From an uncultured Rikenella sp. (GTDB lineage Bacteria > Bacteroidota > Bacteroidia > Bacteroidales > VadinHA17): a DNA stretch of 64,000 nt. The position numbers were made by a program, and so were the translations under genes. The notes under the pieces were generated by a model. The model was not told the DNA's origin. It worked only from the letters and a program-made list of their open reading frames with translations, and did not search any database. This document shows, in pieces, positions 10,678-20,459 of this stretch (the first letter of the stretch is position 1; every line of letters starts with the position of its first letter). The stretch spans positions 43,368 to 107,367 of the forward strand of contig CAZUIF010000010.1 of assembly GCA_964621005.1 (NCBI GenBank). Direction: 5' to 3'.

Positions 10678-12000
10678 ATGTTTGAAAGCCTTAGTGAACG
10701 ACTTGAACGCTCCTTCAAGATACTGAAGGGAGAAGGAGTGATTTCCGAAATCAACGTTTCCGAGACCCTGAAGGATGTGAGGAGGGCCCTCCTTGACGCT
10801 GACGTTAACTTTAAGATAGCCAAGCAGTTTACGGACACTGTCAAGCAGAAGGCCATGGGCCAGAACGTCCTGAAGTCGGTCAAACCCTCGCAGATGATGG
10901 TCAAGATCGTCCATGACGAACTCGTGGAGCTGATGGGAGGAGAGAAGAGCGACATCAACATCAGGGCCAATCCCTCAATAGTATTGATTGCCGGACTCCA
11001 GGGAAGCGGTAAGACAACGTTCAGCGCAAAGCTGGCGAAGCTCCTGAAGACCAAGAGGGGCAAGCAACCGTTGCTGGTTGCGGGCGACGTCTACAGGCCT
11101 GCTGCAATCGAGCAGCTCAAGGTGCTGGGTACGCAGATAGAGGTGCCTGTCTATACCGAGGAGGGGAGCCGGAATCCAGTTGAGATTGCGAAGAATGCCA
11201 TAAGGGAGGCGAAGAAAAACGGGCATGACCTGGTCATAATAGATACGGCAGGGCGCCTGGCGGTGGATGAGGAGATGATGAACGAGATCGCAGCCGTCAA
11301 GAATGCGGTATCGCCTCATGAGACTCTCTTCGTTGTTGATTCAATGACCGGCCAGGATGCTGTGAATACTGCCTTCGAGTTCAATGAGAGGATTGATTAT
11401 GACGGAGTTGTGCTGACTAAACTTGACGGTGACACCAGGGGTGGTGCGGCCCTGTCGATCAGGTCAGTTGTGAACAAGCCGGTTAAGTTTGTAAGCATGG
11501 GTGAGAAGATGGATGCGATAGACATCTTCTATCCCGAGAGGATGGCCGACAGGATACTGGGCATGGGCGACATCGTCAGCCTGGTTGAGAAGGCGCAGGA
11601 GCAGTATGATGAGGAGGAGGCCCGCAAGCTGCAGAAGAAGATTGCGAAGGACCAGTTTGACTTCAACGACTTCATCTCACAGATCCAGCAGATCAAGAAG
11701 ATGGGTAACATGAAGGACCTGATGGGAATGATACCCGGGGTCAGCAAGGCGATCAAGAACCTTGACATTGATGACAACGCCTTCAAGGGTATCGAGGCCA
11801 TAATCTCAAGCATGACACCCGCGGAGAGATCAAATCCCGTGCTGCTCAACGGCAGCCGCAGGAAAAGGATAGCGGAGGGGAGTGGTACAACGGTGATGGA
11901 GGTCAACAGGCTTCTGAAGCAGTTTGATGAGACGAGGAAGATAATGAAGATGGTTGCCAGGGGAGGAGATCTCTCGAAGATGACGGTGAAGAGGAGGTAA
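10678..12000 (+). CDS. ffh: Signal recognition particle protein
   Basis: GLQGSGKTT, DTAGR, TKLDG, Met-rich M domain. Confidence 0.98.
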   Translation: MFESLSERLERSFKILKGEGVISEINVSETLKDVRRALLDADVNFKIAKQFTDTVKQKAMGQNVLKSVKPSQMMVKIVHDELVELMGGEKSDINIRANPSIVLIAGLQGSGKTTFSAKLAKLLKTKRGKQPLLVAGDVYRPAAIEQLKVLGTQIEVPVYTEEGSRNPVEIAKNAIREAKKNGHDLVIIDTAGRLAVDEEMMNEIAAVKNAVSPHETLFVVDSMTGQDAVNTAFEFNERIDYDGVVLTKLDGDTRGGAALSIRSVVNKPVKFVSMGEKMDAIDIFYPERMADRILGMGDIVSLVEKAQEQYDEEEARKLQKKIAKDQFDFNDFISQIQQIKKMGNMKDLMGMIPGVSKAIKNLDIDDNAFKGIEAIISSMTPAERSNPVLLNGSRRKRIAEGSGTTVMEVNRLLKQFDETRKIMKMVARGGDLSKMTVKRR

Positions 12001-12007
12001 AGAGGAA

Positions 12008-12095
12008 GTCAGCAGTACCGGTCGGCAGTCAGCAGTTTGAGACTGCGACAGAGGAGCAGGATCAATCCCGTATCCGCCGGCTGACGGATCGGGGC
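12008..12095. repeat. Intergenic heptamer (GTCAGCA/GTCGGCA) repeats plus GC-rich hairpin
   Basis: GTCAGCA at 12008 and 12028, GTCGGCA at 12021; CCCG-TATCCG...CGGAT-CGGG hairpin at about 12068-12095. Confidence 0.4.
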
Positions 12096-12141
12096 GGCAG
12101 GTGGCAACAGGGTGCACTGTAATAAATTGCAAATCAGAGAT

Positions 12142-13005
12142 ATGAACATCATTGACGGAAAAAAGACGGCGGCTGAGATCAGGAGCGAGATTGCCGCAGC
12201 GGTTACAGAGATGAAGAACCGCGGCCAGCGTGTACCACACCTCGCAGCCATACTCGTCGGAAACGACGGCGGCAGCGAGACCTATGTCTCCCACAAGGTA
12301 AAGGACTGCGAGGAGGTTGGCTTCAGGTCGACACTCATCAGGATGGCCTCAACGGTGAGCGAGAACGAACTGCTTGACAAGGTCAGGGAGCTGAATCTTG
12401 ACCCGGAGCTTGACGGACTGATCGTGCAGCTTCCGCTGCCTGACCATATCTCTGAAAGTAAAGTGATAGAGACTATTACGCCGGAGAAGGATGTTGACGG
12501 ATTTCACCCGGTGAATGTAGGTCGCATGTCAGCCGGGCTGCCATCTTTTGTCTCGGCCACTCCTGCCGGTATCATGGAACTGCTTAACAGGTACAGTATC
12601 CCCCTAAGTGGCGCTGAATGTGTCGTTGTAGGACGCAGCAACATTGTCGGCCGTCCGGTGAGCATCCTCATGTCACAGAAGGGTGTCGATGCCACGGTGA
12701 CGGTTGTTCACAGCCGCACCCGCCACATTGCCGAAACCGTTAGGAGAGCGGATATAATCATCGCCGCGATAGGCCGGCCCGGATTCATCACTGCCGATAT
12801 GGTGAAGGAGGGTGCTGTTGTCATCGATGTGGGCACAACCAGGGTTGATGCACCGGAGACAAAGGCAGGATGGAGGCTTAAGGGTGATGTTGACTTTGAG
12901 AATGTGGCTCCGAAATGTTCCTGGATCACCCCGGTACCCGGTGGTGTCGGTCCCATGACCAGGGTCTCCCTGCTGCTGAACACGCTGAAAGCCTGCAAAA
13001 GATAG
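12142..13005 (+). CDS. folD: Methylenetetrahydrofolate dehydrogenase/cyclohydrolase
   Basis: [28 protein letters not shown]; start placed at MNIIDGK. Confidence 0.97.
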   Translation: MNIIDGKKTAAEIRSEIAAAVTEMKNRGQRVPHLAAILVGNDGGSETYVSHKVKDCEEVGFRSTLIRMASTVSENELLDKVRELNLDPELDGLIVQLPLPDHISESKVIETITPEKDVDGFHPVNVGRMSAGLPSFVSATPAGIMELLNRYSIPLSGAECVVVGRSNIVGRPVSILMSQKGVDATVTVVHSRTRHIAETVRRADIIIAAIGRPGFITADMVKEGAVVIDVGTTRVDAPETKAGWRLKGDVDFENVAPKCSWITPVPGGVGPMTRVSLLLNTLKACKR

Positions 13006-13009
13006 GATC

Positions 13010-14008
13010 TCAGCGCGGCAGATCCATACCGGTGAAATACAGGTCGTATCCTCCCTTGCCCCCGGGTCTGTCAGATGAAAATATAAGGAAGAAATTCTCG
13101 AATTTCAGGTCTATGCCCAGCACAGGCCTGTACTCATTTGATGCCGAGTTGATTCCGGGTCCCATATTTACAGGAGTACTCCATTTGCCGTTACGGAACA
13201 CGGAGTAATAGAGATCGAAGCCTCCCTGTCCCCCGGGCTTGTCTGATGTGAACACCATGTATCTTCCCCTCAGGAAAGGACACTTGTCGTTATATTCGCT
13301 GTTGACGCTGTCAGCGGCAGCCGGGACTGCCGGTGCGGAGAGGAACCATTCATCCAGTGTCTGGCCTGAAGGCCTGCGCAGCAGGTATATGTCAAAATCT
13401 CCGTCCCTGTCAGAGCAGAAAACTGCAGTGTCAAGCGTTGTTCCAAGGGAAAGATATGCGTCATCATAAGCACTGTTGAAAATTGTCGCCGGTATCGGTC
13501 CGTCGATCAAGGGAGGTGCAGTATATACAGGTATGTAACTGCCATATACGATATCCAGACCGTTTCCGGGTGTCTGAGTAGCAACCGCCATATATTCCAG
13601 CCCGTTGCGGCTGTTGAAGAAGCGGAACGGTCCGAACTGGTCGCCGCTGTCATTGAAAGCCGTGGTCAGCCTGTCGAGAAAGGTATCAGCCGTCATATCT
13701 GCTTCAATCCGGAAATAACCTGTCGTCTGTCCGAATGAATACCAGATCATCCCGTGGGTCAGATCGAACTCTCCTCCGCTGCTCTGCCTGTTTGAGGAAA
13801 ATACAAGAGGCCGGCCTGCGGTAATCCGTGCTGCCTCGATATCCATGTTGTAATCGTCGTACTGCGTATTAATCCCGGTGAGGGCAATGACAGAATCGGG
13901 AAAGATTCCCAGTTCATAGTTTATCTTCAGCCCCTCCTTACGGCATGCGGTGAAGAACAATGAAGCCAAAAGTGCTGTGAATAAACACAATATCCTGCTG
14001 CTGGCCAT
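13010..14008 (-). CDS. Lipoprotein with PD40/TolB-like beta-propeller repeats
   Basis: Lipobox FTAC; repeated FSSDRPGGKGGYDLY-type motifs. Confidence 0.75.
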   Translation of the reverse strand: MASSRILCLFTALLASLFFTACRKEGLKINYELGIFPDSVIALTGINTQYDDYNMDIEAARITAGRPLVFSSNRQSSGGEFDLTHGMIWYSFGQTTGYFRIEADMTADTFLDRLTTAFNDSGDQFGPFRFFNSRNGLEYMAVATQTPGNGLDIVYGSYIPVYTAPPLIDGPIPATIFNSAYDDAYLSLGTTLDTAVFCSDRDGDFDIYLLRRPSGQTLDEWFLSAPAVPAAADSVNSEYNDKCPFLRGRYMVFTSDKPGGQGGFDLYYSVFRNGKWSTPVNMGPGINSASNEYRPVLGIDLKFENFFLIFSSDRPGGKGGYDLYFTGMDLPR

Positions 14009-14060
14009 GACAGTCGTTTATTTAATAACGGGCCCGGCAGATCTTTAATATGAATTTTCT

Positions 14061-14087
14061 AAAAAAAAACCGGACCAGGGGCCCGGT
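14061..14087 (-). terminator. Intrinsic terminator-like hairpin, minus strand
   Basis: 8-bp stem with a G-U wobble valid only on the minus strand, followed by U9. Confidence 0.5.
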
Positions 14088-14291
14088 TTCAGAAGGTAGA
14101 ATTCAGGTTAATTCTAGGGTAATATTTGGTTTGAGGGTAAGCTTCTGAACTCAATTGTAAGATGGAATAGAGCACTGATAGGTTGCGTCGGCATAGAAAA
14201 AAAATTACAATTAACTGTTTATCATGTTTATAAAAACGAACCCCTGTTGATAATTGATGCCATGCCGGGATGAATCGAATCATTTATATGT

Positions 14292-14299
14292 TAAATTTG
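14292..14299 (+). promoter_or_regulatory. -7 promoter element for the TPR-comA-aroE operon
   Basis: TAAATTTG matches TAnnTTTG. Confidence 0.6.
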
Positions 14300-14318
14300 C
14301 ACAATATTTTTCGGGGAG

Positions 14319-15725
14319 ATGGAAGAAGAGAAATACGGATTTGTTCATGACAGTGAGGTGGAAGAGGTGATTCTCCGGTTTGAGAAAATGCGGAAGAACA
14401 AAGAGACCTGTTATTTCGATGTCAATGAATTTGAGGCTATTATAGACTATTACCTGGAAGGTAACAATCCTGTCCATGCTTTTGAGGCTACATCTCTGGC
14501 GTGTGAGCTCCACCCGAATTCGGTTCCGATTATGATCAGGAAAGCCCGCGTCCTCCTTGAAAAGGGAAGGGCCACGGAAGCGCTTACAATATCCAAACGG
14601 CTCGAGAATATTGAACCCGGCAACTGCGATATCTATCTCTGCAAGGCAACTGCTCTTGCAATGCTGGGTGACATCCCCGGCGCCAGGAAGGTATTCGACC
14701 TTGCACTGGAGACTGAACCGGAAGACCAGGAATCGATCCTTTACAGCATCACCTCCGTACTTCAGAACCTGAATTACCATGAGGAAATGATTCCGTACCT
14801 GCATATTCTTGCAGACCTTGAACCCGACTTCCCGGCTCACCTCTATGATCTTGCCTATGCATATGACAAGAAGGGAGACCTCCGTACCAGCATAAAGTAC
14901 TATACCACTTATCTTGAGGAGGATCCGTTCTCAGACAGCGCCTGGTACAATCTTGGTATAATATACAATAAAACAGGCGATTACGGTAAATCCATCGAGG
15001 CATATGACTATGCCCTTGCGCTGAACCCGGAAAATACTTTTGCCCTTTTCAACAAGGCCAACATCCTTAGCAACCTCGAGAAGTACAACGAAGCTATGGA
15101 TGTCTACCGTGAGTTTGTGGAAGAAGAACCTGACAGTCTTGAAGGACTCACGTACCTTGCAGAGTGCTATGACAAGACCGGTGACGAGGCGATGGCACGC
15201 AAATATTATACTGAGGCAATAGATATAACACCGGACTTTCCAGATCCGTGGTACGGGCTGGGACTGCTGTCGCTTTCGCGGAACAGGCCTGCTGAAAGCA
15301 TCACGCCACTCAAGAAAGCCATCGAGCTGGATCCTGAGAATCCAGATTACTGGTTCTCGCTGGGTAAGGCTTATATTATGACGGGCAACATCAGGGAGGC
15401 TGTAAGGTGTTACATTGAAACACTTTCGCTTGACGGCTATTATGACGAGGCATGGATTGAAACAGGCATCGTGATGATGATGACTGGTGCCTACAGGGGT
15501 GCGATACGCATTCTGAAGAGGGCAGCCAAGGTCAGCGGGGATCTCCCTGGGATCTATTTCCTGCTCGCCTCAGCCTACCTGCATACCGGCAACCTGACTG
15601 AGGCTGCCCGCAACCTGATCAGGGCTGTAAGACTTGATAATGAACTCCTTGAAGAGTATGCCGTGCTGCTGCCGGAGGAAAAGCTGACAAATGCCATGAG
15701 GCGACTTTTCAGGAAAACGAACTAA
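14319..15725 (+). CDS. Tetratricopeptide repeat protein
   Basis: Many TPR units (AWYNLGIIY...YDYALALNP). Confidence 0.9.
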   Translation: MEEEKYGFVHDSEVEEVILRFEKMRKNKETCYFDVNEFEAIIDYYLEGNNPVHAFEATSLACELHPNSVPIMIRKARVLLEKGRATEALTISKRLENIEPGNCDIYLCKATALAMLGDIPGARKVFDLALETEPEDQESILYSITSVLQNLNYHEEMIPYLHILADLEPDFPAHLYDLAYAYDKKGDLRTSIKYYTTYLEEDPFSDSAWYNLGIIYNKTGDYGKSIEAYDYALALNPENTFALFNKANILSNLEKYNEAMDVYREFVEEEPDSLEGLTYLAECYDKTGDEAMARKYYTEAIDITPDFPDPWYGLGLLSLSRNRPAESITPLKKAIELDPENPDYWFSLGKAYIMTGNIREAVRCYIETLSLDGYYDEAWIETGIVMMMTGAYRGAIRILKRAAKVSGDLPGIYFLLASAYLHTGNLTEAARNLIRAVRLDNELLEEYAVLLPEEKLTNAMRRLFRKTN

Positions 15726-15728
15726 GAT

Positions 15729-16508
15729 ATGAAACAGGCGAGACAACTGCTTACACATATTCCCGAAAGGCCCGCCAAGCCGAGAAAAGAGGGGTTGACG
15801 ATGGTAATGGACAAGGGGCTGAGCCTCAGGGAAGCTGAAGACTTTGCAGAAGTTGGCAGCGGATATGTCGATTTCGTGAAGCTTGGCTTCGGAACATCGG
15901 TAATCACACCAGGGGTGGACGAAAAGATCAAAACCTACCATGACGCCGGTATGACGGTCTATTTCGGCGGTACTCTTTTCGAGGCCTTCATTATAAGGGG
16001 CCTGTACGGCGAATTTGTTGACATGCTGAAGGATACTGGAGTAAAGATGGTTGAGATCTCCGACGGGTCCTATGAGTTTGATCACAGCGAAAAGCTTGAT
16101 TATATCCGGAGGCTGTCACAGGAATTTACAGTTATCTCCGAGGTGGGCTCAAAAAAGAAGAATATTGTCTATACCCCTCACCAGTGGGTTGAGATGATGA
16201 AGTCCGAGCTCGGAGCAGGCTCCGTGAAGGTAATTGCAGAGGCCCGCGAATCAGGTACGATTGGAATATACAATGATGACGGTTCGGTGAACCTCGAGCT
16301 GATAAACACAATATCCAGGGAGATAGGATTCAACAACGTGCTCTGGGAAGCCCCGCTGAAACAGCAGCAGGCCTGGTTTATCACCAACTTCGGGGCCAAT
16401 GTCAACCTCGGAAACATTGCCCCAAATGAGATAATTGCCCTCGAATCACTCAGACTTGGACTGAGAAGCGACACCTTCTTCAGTTTCCTTCCTGAAAACA
16501 TGAGATGA
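15729..16508 (+). CDS. comA: Phosphosulfolactate synthase (ComA family)
   Basis: KPRKEGLTMVMDKG, DFVKLGFGT, VISEVGSK, EARESG, WEAP, NVNLGNI, LRLGLRSDT. Confidence 0.9.
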   Translation: MKQARQLLTHIPERPAKPRKEGLTMVMDKGLSLREAEDFAEVGSGYVDFVKLGFGTSVITPGVDEKIKTYHDAGMTVYFGGTLFEAFIIRGLYGEFVDMLKDTGVKMVEISDGSYEFDHSEKLDYIRRLSQEFTVISEVGSKKKNIVYTPHQWVEMMKSELGAGSVKVIAEARESGTIGIYNDDGSVNLELINTISREIGFNNVLWEAPLKQQQAWFITNFGANVNLGNIAPNEIIALESLRLGLRSDTFFSFLPENMR

Positions 16509-17254
16509 GACTCTTCGGAATCATAGGATTTCCGCTCGGGCATTCATTCTCTCAGAAGCACTTTACCGAAAAATTCGAACGGGAGCACCTTGCTGACCAT
16601 GCTTACCGTAAGTTTGAACTGCAGGAGATAGGCGACCTTCCGGCGTTGCTTGAGAAGGAGCCGGACCTCTGCGGGTTCAACGTCACGATCCCTTATAAGG
16701 TAAGGGTTATTGAGTACCTTGATGAGGTTGATCCGGTTGCCGCCGAGATTGGCGCCGTAAACACCGTCAGGGTCATCCGGCGCAACGGCAGGCCATGGAT
16801 GAAGGGCTACAACACCGATGCACCTGCTTTCAGGGAGTCGCTCCTCAGGAATCTTTCATCCCTTCCTGACAGCGCCATCGTACTGGGTACCGGAGGTGCC
16901 GCAAAGAGTGTAATGCACACCCTCATTGACCTGAACATAATTGCAGTACCTGTTTCACGCCGACTGGTGAGAGGAGGCTATACCTACGATGATCTCCCTG
17001 GCTACATGATCAGCGAGGCAGGGGTTATTATCAACACCACCCCGGTAGGAATGGCCCCGCATACAGATGCAGTTCCACCCATTGACTACAGCTGCCTCAG
17101 GGAGGGCAAGCTGCTGTTTGACCTGATTTACAATCCCCCTGTTACGGAATTCCTGGCAAGGGGAGAGGAACAGGGATGCATGACAGTGAACGGCGAGGAG
17201 ATGTTCCTGATCCAGGCACAGCTGGCCTGGGAGATATGGAACAGTGAGGAATGA
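16505..17254 (+). CDS. aroE: Shikimate dehydrogenase
   Basis: HSFS, GFNVTIPYK, GAVNT, GYNTD, LGTGGAA, NTTPVGM, DLIYNP. Confidence 0.93.
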   Translation: MRLFGIIGFPLGHSFSQKHFTEKFEREHLADHAYRKFELQEIGDLPALLEKEPDLCGFNVTIPYKVRVIEYLDEVDPVAAEIGAVNTVRVIRRNGRPWMKGYNTDAPAFRESLLRNLSSLPDSAIVLGTGGAAKSVMHTLIDLNIIAVPVSRRLVRGGYTYDDLPGYMISEAGVIINTTPVGMAPHTDAVPPIDYSCLREGKLLFDLIYNPPVTEFLARGEEQGCMTVNGEEMFLIQAQLAWEIWNSEE

Positions 17255-17304
17255 CAGCCGGCATTGTTCAGACACCGCCGGTTCTGTTTTTCCCGGTTCC
17301 CGGT

Positions 17305-18057
17305 TCAGATAAATATTTCCCGGGGATACCCGATTTCAGTAAGTGAGAGTCCGTGTGCAGGAGCAGACTGTCCGGCCAGACCGCGGTTCTTCCCCTGAAG
17401 GATTGCTTCAAAATCATTTACAGACAATTTTCCTCTTCCGGCCGGGATAAGTGTTCCCACCACCGCCCTCACCATATTCCTCAGAAACCTGTCAGCAGTA
17501 ATTGTAAAGATCAGCTTTTCCGCCTCCCGGTGCCACCGGGCATGCGTGACCCTGCAGATATTTGTCTTATTGCTGCCGTGAAGGCGGCTGAAACTGGTAA
17601 AATCGCTGTGTTTCAGCAATATTGCCGCGGCCTCGTTCATTTTTTCCATGTCGAGCTGCCAGTAAAGCAACCATGCGGTATCTGCACTGAACGGATCCTT
17701 TACACCGGTAACGGTATACCTGTATGTGCGGGAGAGTGCATCAAACCGGGCATTGGCCTCCGGTTTCACCTTTGCTATCCTGCTGACAGCGATGTCATCC
17801 GGCAATATCCCGTTGAGGTTGTACAGCAACTGGCTGTCACTGTCAAGATCACCGCGTACGGCATCAAAATGTGCGCAGAAGAATGAAGCATGCACGCCTG
17901 TGTCTGTCCGTCCCGCACCGGTCACTGCTGTTTGGGAGGCAAGTACCGTACTGAGTGCCTTTGTCAGCGCACCCTGAACAGTATGCTTGCCCGGCTGTAT
18001 CTGCCAGCCGTTGTATGCCGTGCCCCTGAAAGAGAGAAAAATGAAGTAGCGTGTCAT
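17305..18057 (-). CDS. truA: tRNA pseudouridine(38-40) synthase
   Basis: GWQIQP, GAGRTDTGVHA, FLRNMVR, APAHGL. Confidence 0.96.
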   Translation of the reverse strand: MTRYFIFLSFRGTAYNGWQIQPGKHTVQGALTKALSTVLASQTAVTGAGRTDTGVHASFFCAHFDAVRGDLDSDSQLLYNLNGILPDDIAVSRIAKVKPEANARFDALSRTYRYTVTGVKDPFSADTAWLLYWQLDMEKMNEAAAILLKHSDFTSFSRLHGSNKTNICRVTHARWHREAEKLIFTITADRFLRNMVRAVVGTLIPAGRGKLSVNDFEAILQGKNRGLAGQSAPAHGLSLTEIGYPREIFI

Positions 18058-18145
18058 GTTCCGGTTAAAATGTAAAGATAGCTAAAGAACATTGTCCGGA
18101 AACAGCCTTTTGACTAAATTGCACGGATCTTAAAACTGTGTAATA

Positions 18146-19195
18146 ATGAGCGAACCGGTACTCAAAAGAGGCTTTGCAAGTGACAATAACTCAGGCGTCC
18201 ACCCGGCAGTCATGAAGGAACTGCTTCGCGTGAACAGGGGACATGTGGTGGGTTACGGCGACGACCCGTTCACCGAGACAGCCAAAGAGCTTATCAGGAA
18301 GGAACTGGGTCCCGAAACCGAAGTGTTTTTTGTTTTCACCGGCACCGGTGCCAATGTTCTTGGACTGGCGGGAGTAACCAGCTCGTGGAACTCTGTCATC
18401 ACCTCGCACACGGCCCACATAGAGACTGATGAGTGCGGCGCCCCGGAGAAGTTTGCAGGATGCAAGGTGCTGGCGGTTGACACTCCTGACGGGAAGCTGC
18501 GGCCGGAGATGCTTGCCAGGCATATGCACGGGTTCGATTTCGAACACCACAGCCAGCCCAGGGTGATTTCCATTTCGCAGGCAACGGAGATGGGGACCGT
18601 TTACACCCCCGCGGAGGTGAAGGAACTGGCCGACTACGCTCATGAGCGCGGACTCCTGCTGCATATGGACGGCGCCCGCATAGCCAACGCCGCGGTGACA
18701 CTGGGTGTGCCGTTCAGGGAGTTCACAACCGATGCAGGCGTTGATATTCTATCGTTCGGAGGCACCAAGAACGGCATGATGTACGGCGAGGCAGTATGCT
18801 TCCTCAGGCCGGGACTCTCTGAAGGCTTCAAGTACCTGAGGAAACAGGGGATGCAGCTGGCATCCAAGATGCGCTTCATCGCAGCGCAATATAATGCCTA
18901 TCTTTCCGGCGGACTGTGGAAGGAGTGCGCATCACATTCAAACAGGATGGCACGCGAACTGCAAAGACGGCTGAAGGAGATAAGCGGAATAAAAATAACA
19001 CAGAAGGTAGAGGCAAACGGCGTCTTCGTGATCATGCCCGACAGGGTGGCAGCACTGCTTAGCAGGGAGTACTTTTTCTATCCGTGGAATGAACAGATAT
19101 CTGAATACCGGCTCATGACAAGCTGGGATACAACTTCAGATGATGTGGTGCAATTTTCAGACAAACTGAAAAGTATGATGTCAGAACACAGATAG
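18146..19195 (+). CDS. ltaE: Low-specificity L-threonine aldolase
   Basis: FASDN, FTGTGAN, HMDGARIAN, SFGGTKNG (PLP lysine). Confidence 0.9.
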   Translation: MSEPVLKRGFASDNNSGVHPAVMKELLRVNRGHVVGYGDDPFTETAKELIRKELGPETEVFFVFTGTGANVLGLAGVTSSWNSVITSHTAHIETDECGAPEKFAGCKVLAVDTPDGKLRPEMLARHMHGFDFEHHSQPRVISISQATEMGTVYTPAEVKELADYAHERGLLLHMDGARIANAAVTLGVPFREFTTDAGVDILSFGGTKNGMMYGEAVCFLRPGLSEGFKYLRKQGMQLASKMRFIAAQYNAYLSGGLWKECASHSNRMARELQRRLKEISGIKITQKVEANGVFVIMPDRVAALLSREYFFYPWNEQISEYRLMTSWDTTSDDVVQFSDKLKSMMSEHR

Positions 19196-19199
19196 TTTC

Positions 19200-20114
19200 T
19201 TAACTTTTCCTGAATCTGATCAACAGGGAAAGGGAGAATATAAACAGCGTGGAAAACAGGTAGTAGGGCAACCATAGGAATCCTGTTCCAGATCCCGGCT
19301 GCGTAAGGTCCGAAATGAATACTACCGCCATCACGGGGATTGAAACCAGCCAGGCTGTCAGTCCAGACGACGCCAGATCACTTTTTTGCTTTTCGTCGTA
19401 CAGGCTCTTTTCAGCCTGCCTTGCAAGCTTCCATAGCCACAGTGCCACCATCGACAGCCAGGGCAGAATTATAACCAGGCAATAAAACATTATCAGCCGT
19501 ACAAGCCAGTTCCTTAAATTCCAGTCATGCAGGGAGACATCAGCATAGACGGTAAAGGTCAAACCGGCCAGACCACACACAATTCCTACGTACTGCGCAA
19601 TTTCAAAGAACGCTTCGTTAATAATTGATCTCGCGCCTGTGGCGCCAAAGGTCCTTCCTTTCATCAGCCTGAAGACAAACAGGATGCCTGTTATGCAAAA
19701 TGAGAGCTGAACTGCAAGTGAAATGAACAACCAGGTCCACTCCATGGTGCAATCACCTGCACTCCGGTAGTCGTGCCAGATATCCACCAGCGCTGCCCAG
19801 TCAAGAACGACCGAGATTCCCGAAATAACTCCCGTCAGGGTGCAGATTACTGTCAGCAGGTTGATTTTCAGCCCGTTTTTAAAAGCCCTGAACAACATGA
19901 ATGCAAATGAGACATAAAGAACAATCCGGATGACAAACCCGATTCCAGGACCGTTTTCAGGAAATTCTTCAGGTACCGGGTTAGCCCTCATCTCCAGGTA
20001 GACATACAGGTCATAGAATATCCACATCGATGACAGGATCAACAGTACAAGCGTGATAATCATCAGGATTCTGAACCTGCTGTCCGGATCAGGGGAATCG
20101 GTAATATTTCTCAT
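19200..20114 (-). CDS. Hypothetical polytopic membrane protein
   Basis: 304 aa, about 8 hydrophobic segments, directly downstream of an XRE regulator. Confidence 0.6.
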   Translation of the reverse strand: MRNITDSPDPDSRFRILMIITLVLLILSSMWIFYDLYVYLEMRANPVPEEFPENGPGIGFVIRIVLYVSFAFMLFRAFKNGLKINLLTVICTLTGVISGISVVLDWAALVDIWHDYRSAGDCTMEWTWLFISLAVQLSFCITGILFVFRLMKGRTFGATGARSIINEAFFEIAQYVGIVCGLAGLTFTVYADVSLHDWNLRNWLVRLIMFYCLVIILPWLSMVALWLWKLARQAEKSLYDEKQKSDLASSGLTAWLVSIPVMAVVFISDLTQPGSGTGFLWLPYYLFSTLFIFSLSLLIRFRKS

Positions 20115-20141
20115 AAATGACTCACTTTAACCACAAGGGCA

Positions 20142-20360
20142 TTATTTCATTTCAAGGTTATCTGTGAGATGGAATACTTCCTCCACATTCTTTCCGAAAA
20201 ATCCTGCGATTTTGAATGCCAGCAGGGTTGAAGGAATGAATTTTCCCTTTTCTATGGCATGAATGGTCTGCCTTGTAACACCTACTGCTGCCGCGAGCTC
20301 CTCCTGTGACATCTCGTTTTTGTCAAAACGGAGGCGCCTGATGTTATTTCCCAGCTCCAT
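20142..20360 (-). CDS. XRE-family helix-turn-helix regulator
   Basis: MSQEELAAAVGVTRQTIHAIEKGKFIPS; start placed at MELGNN. Confidence 0.9.
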   Translation of the reverse strand: MELGNNIRRLRFDKNEMSQEELAAAVGVTRQTIHAIEKGKFIPSTLLAFKIAGFFGKNVEEVFHLTDNLEMK

Positions 20361-20381
20361 CTGATGTAAATTATACAGTAA

Positions 20382-20403
20382 CAAATGTAAAGTATAGTTT
20401 ACA
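20382..20403 (-). promoter_or_regulatory. XRE operator palindrome overlapping the -7 element
   Basis: TGTAAA-N6-TTTACA at 20386-20403; TACATTTG (minus) at 20382-20389. Confidence 0.6.
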
Positions 20404-20459
20404 TATTTGCAAATGTTTTGACAGGTTTTTCATTTCTGATATGCAGGACCCGCGGAGAC

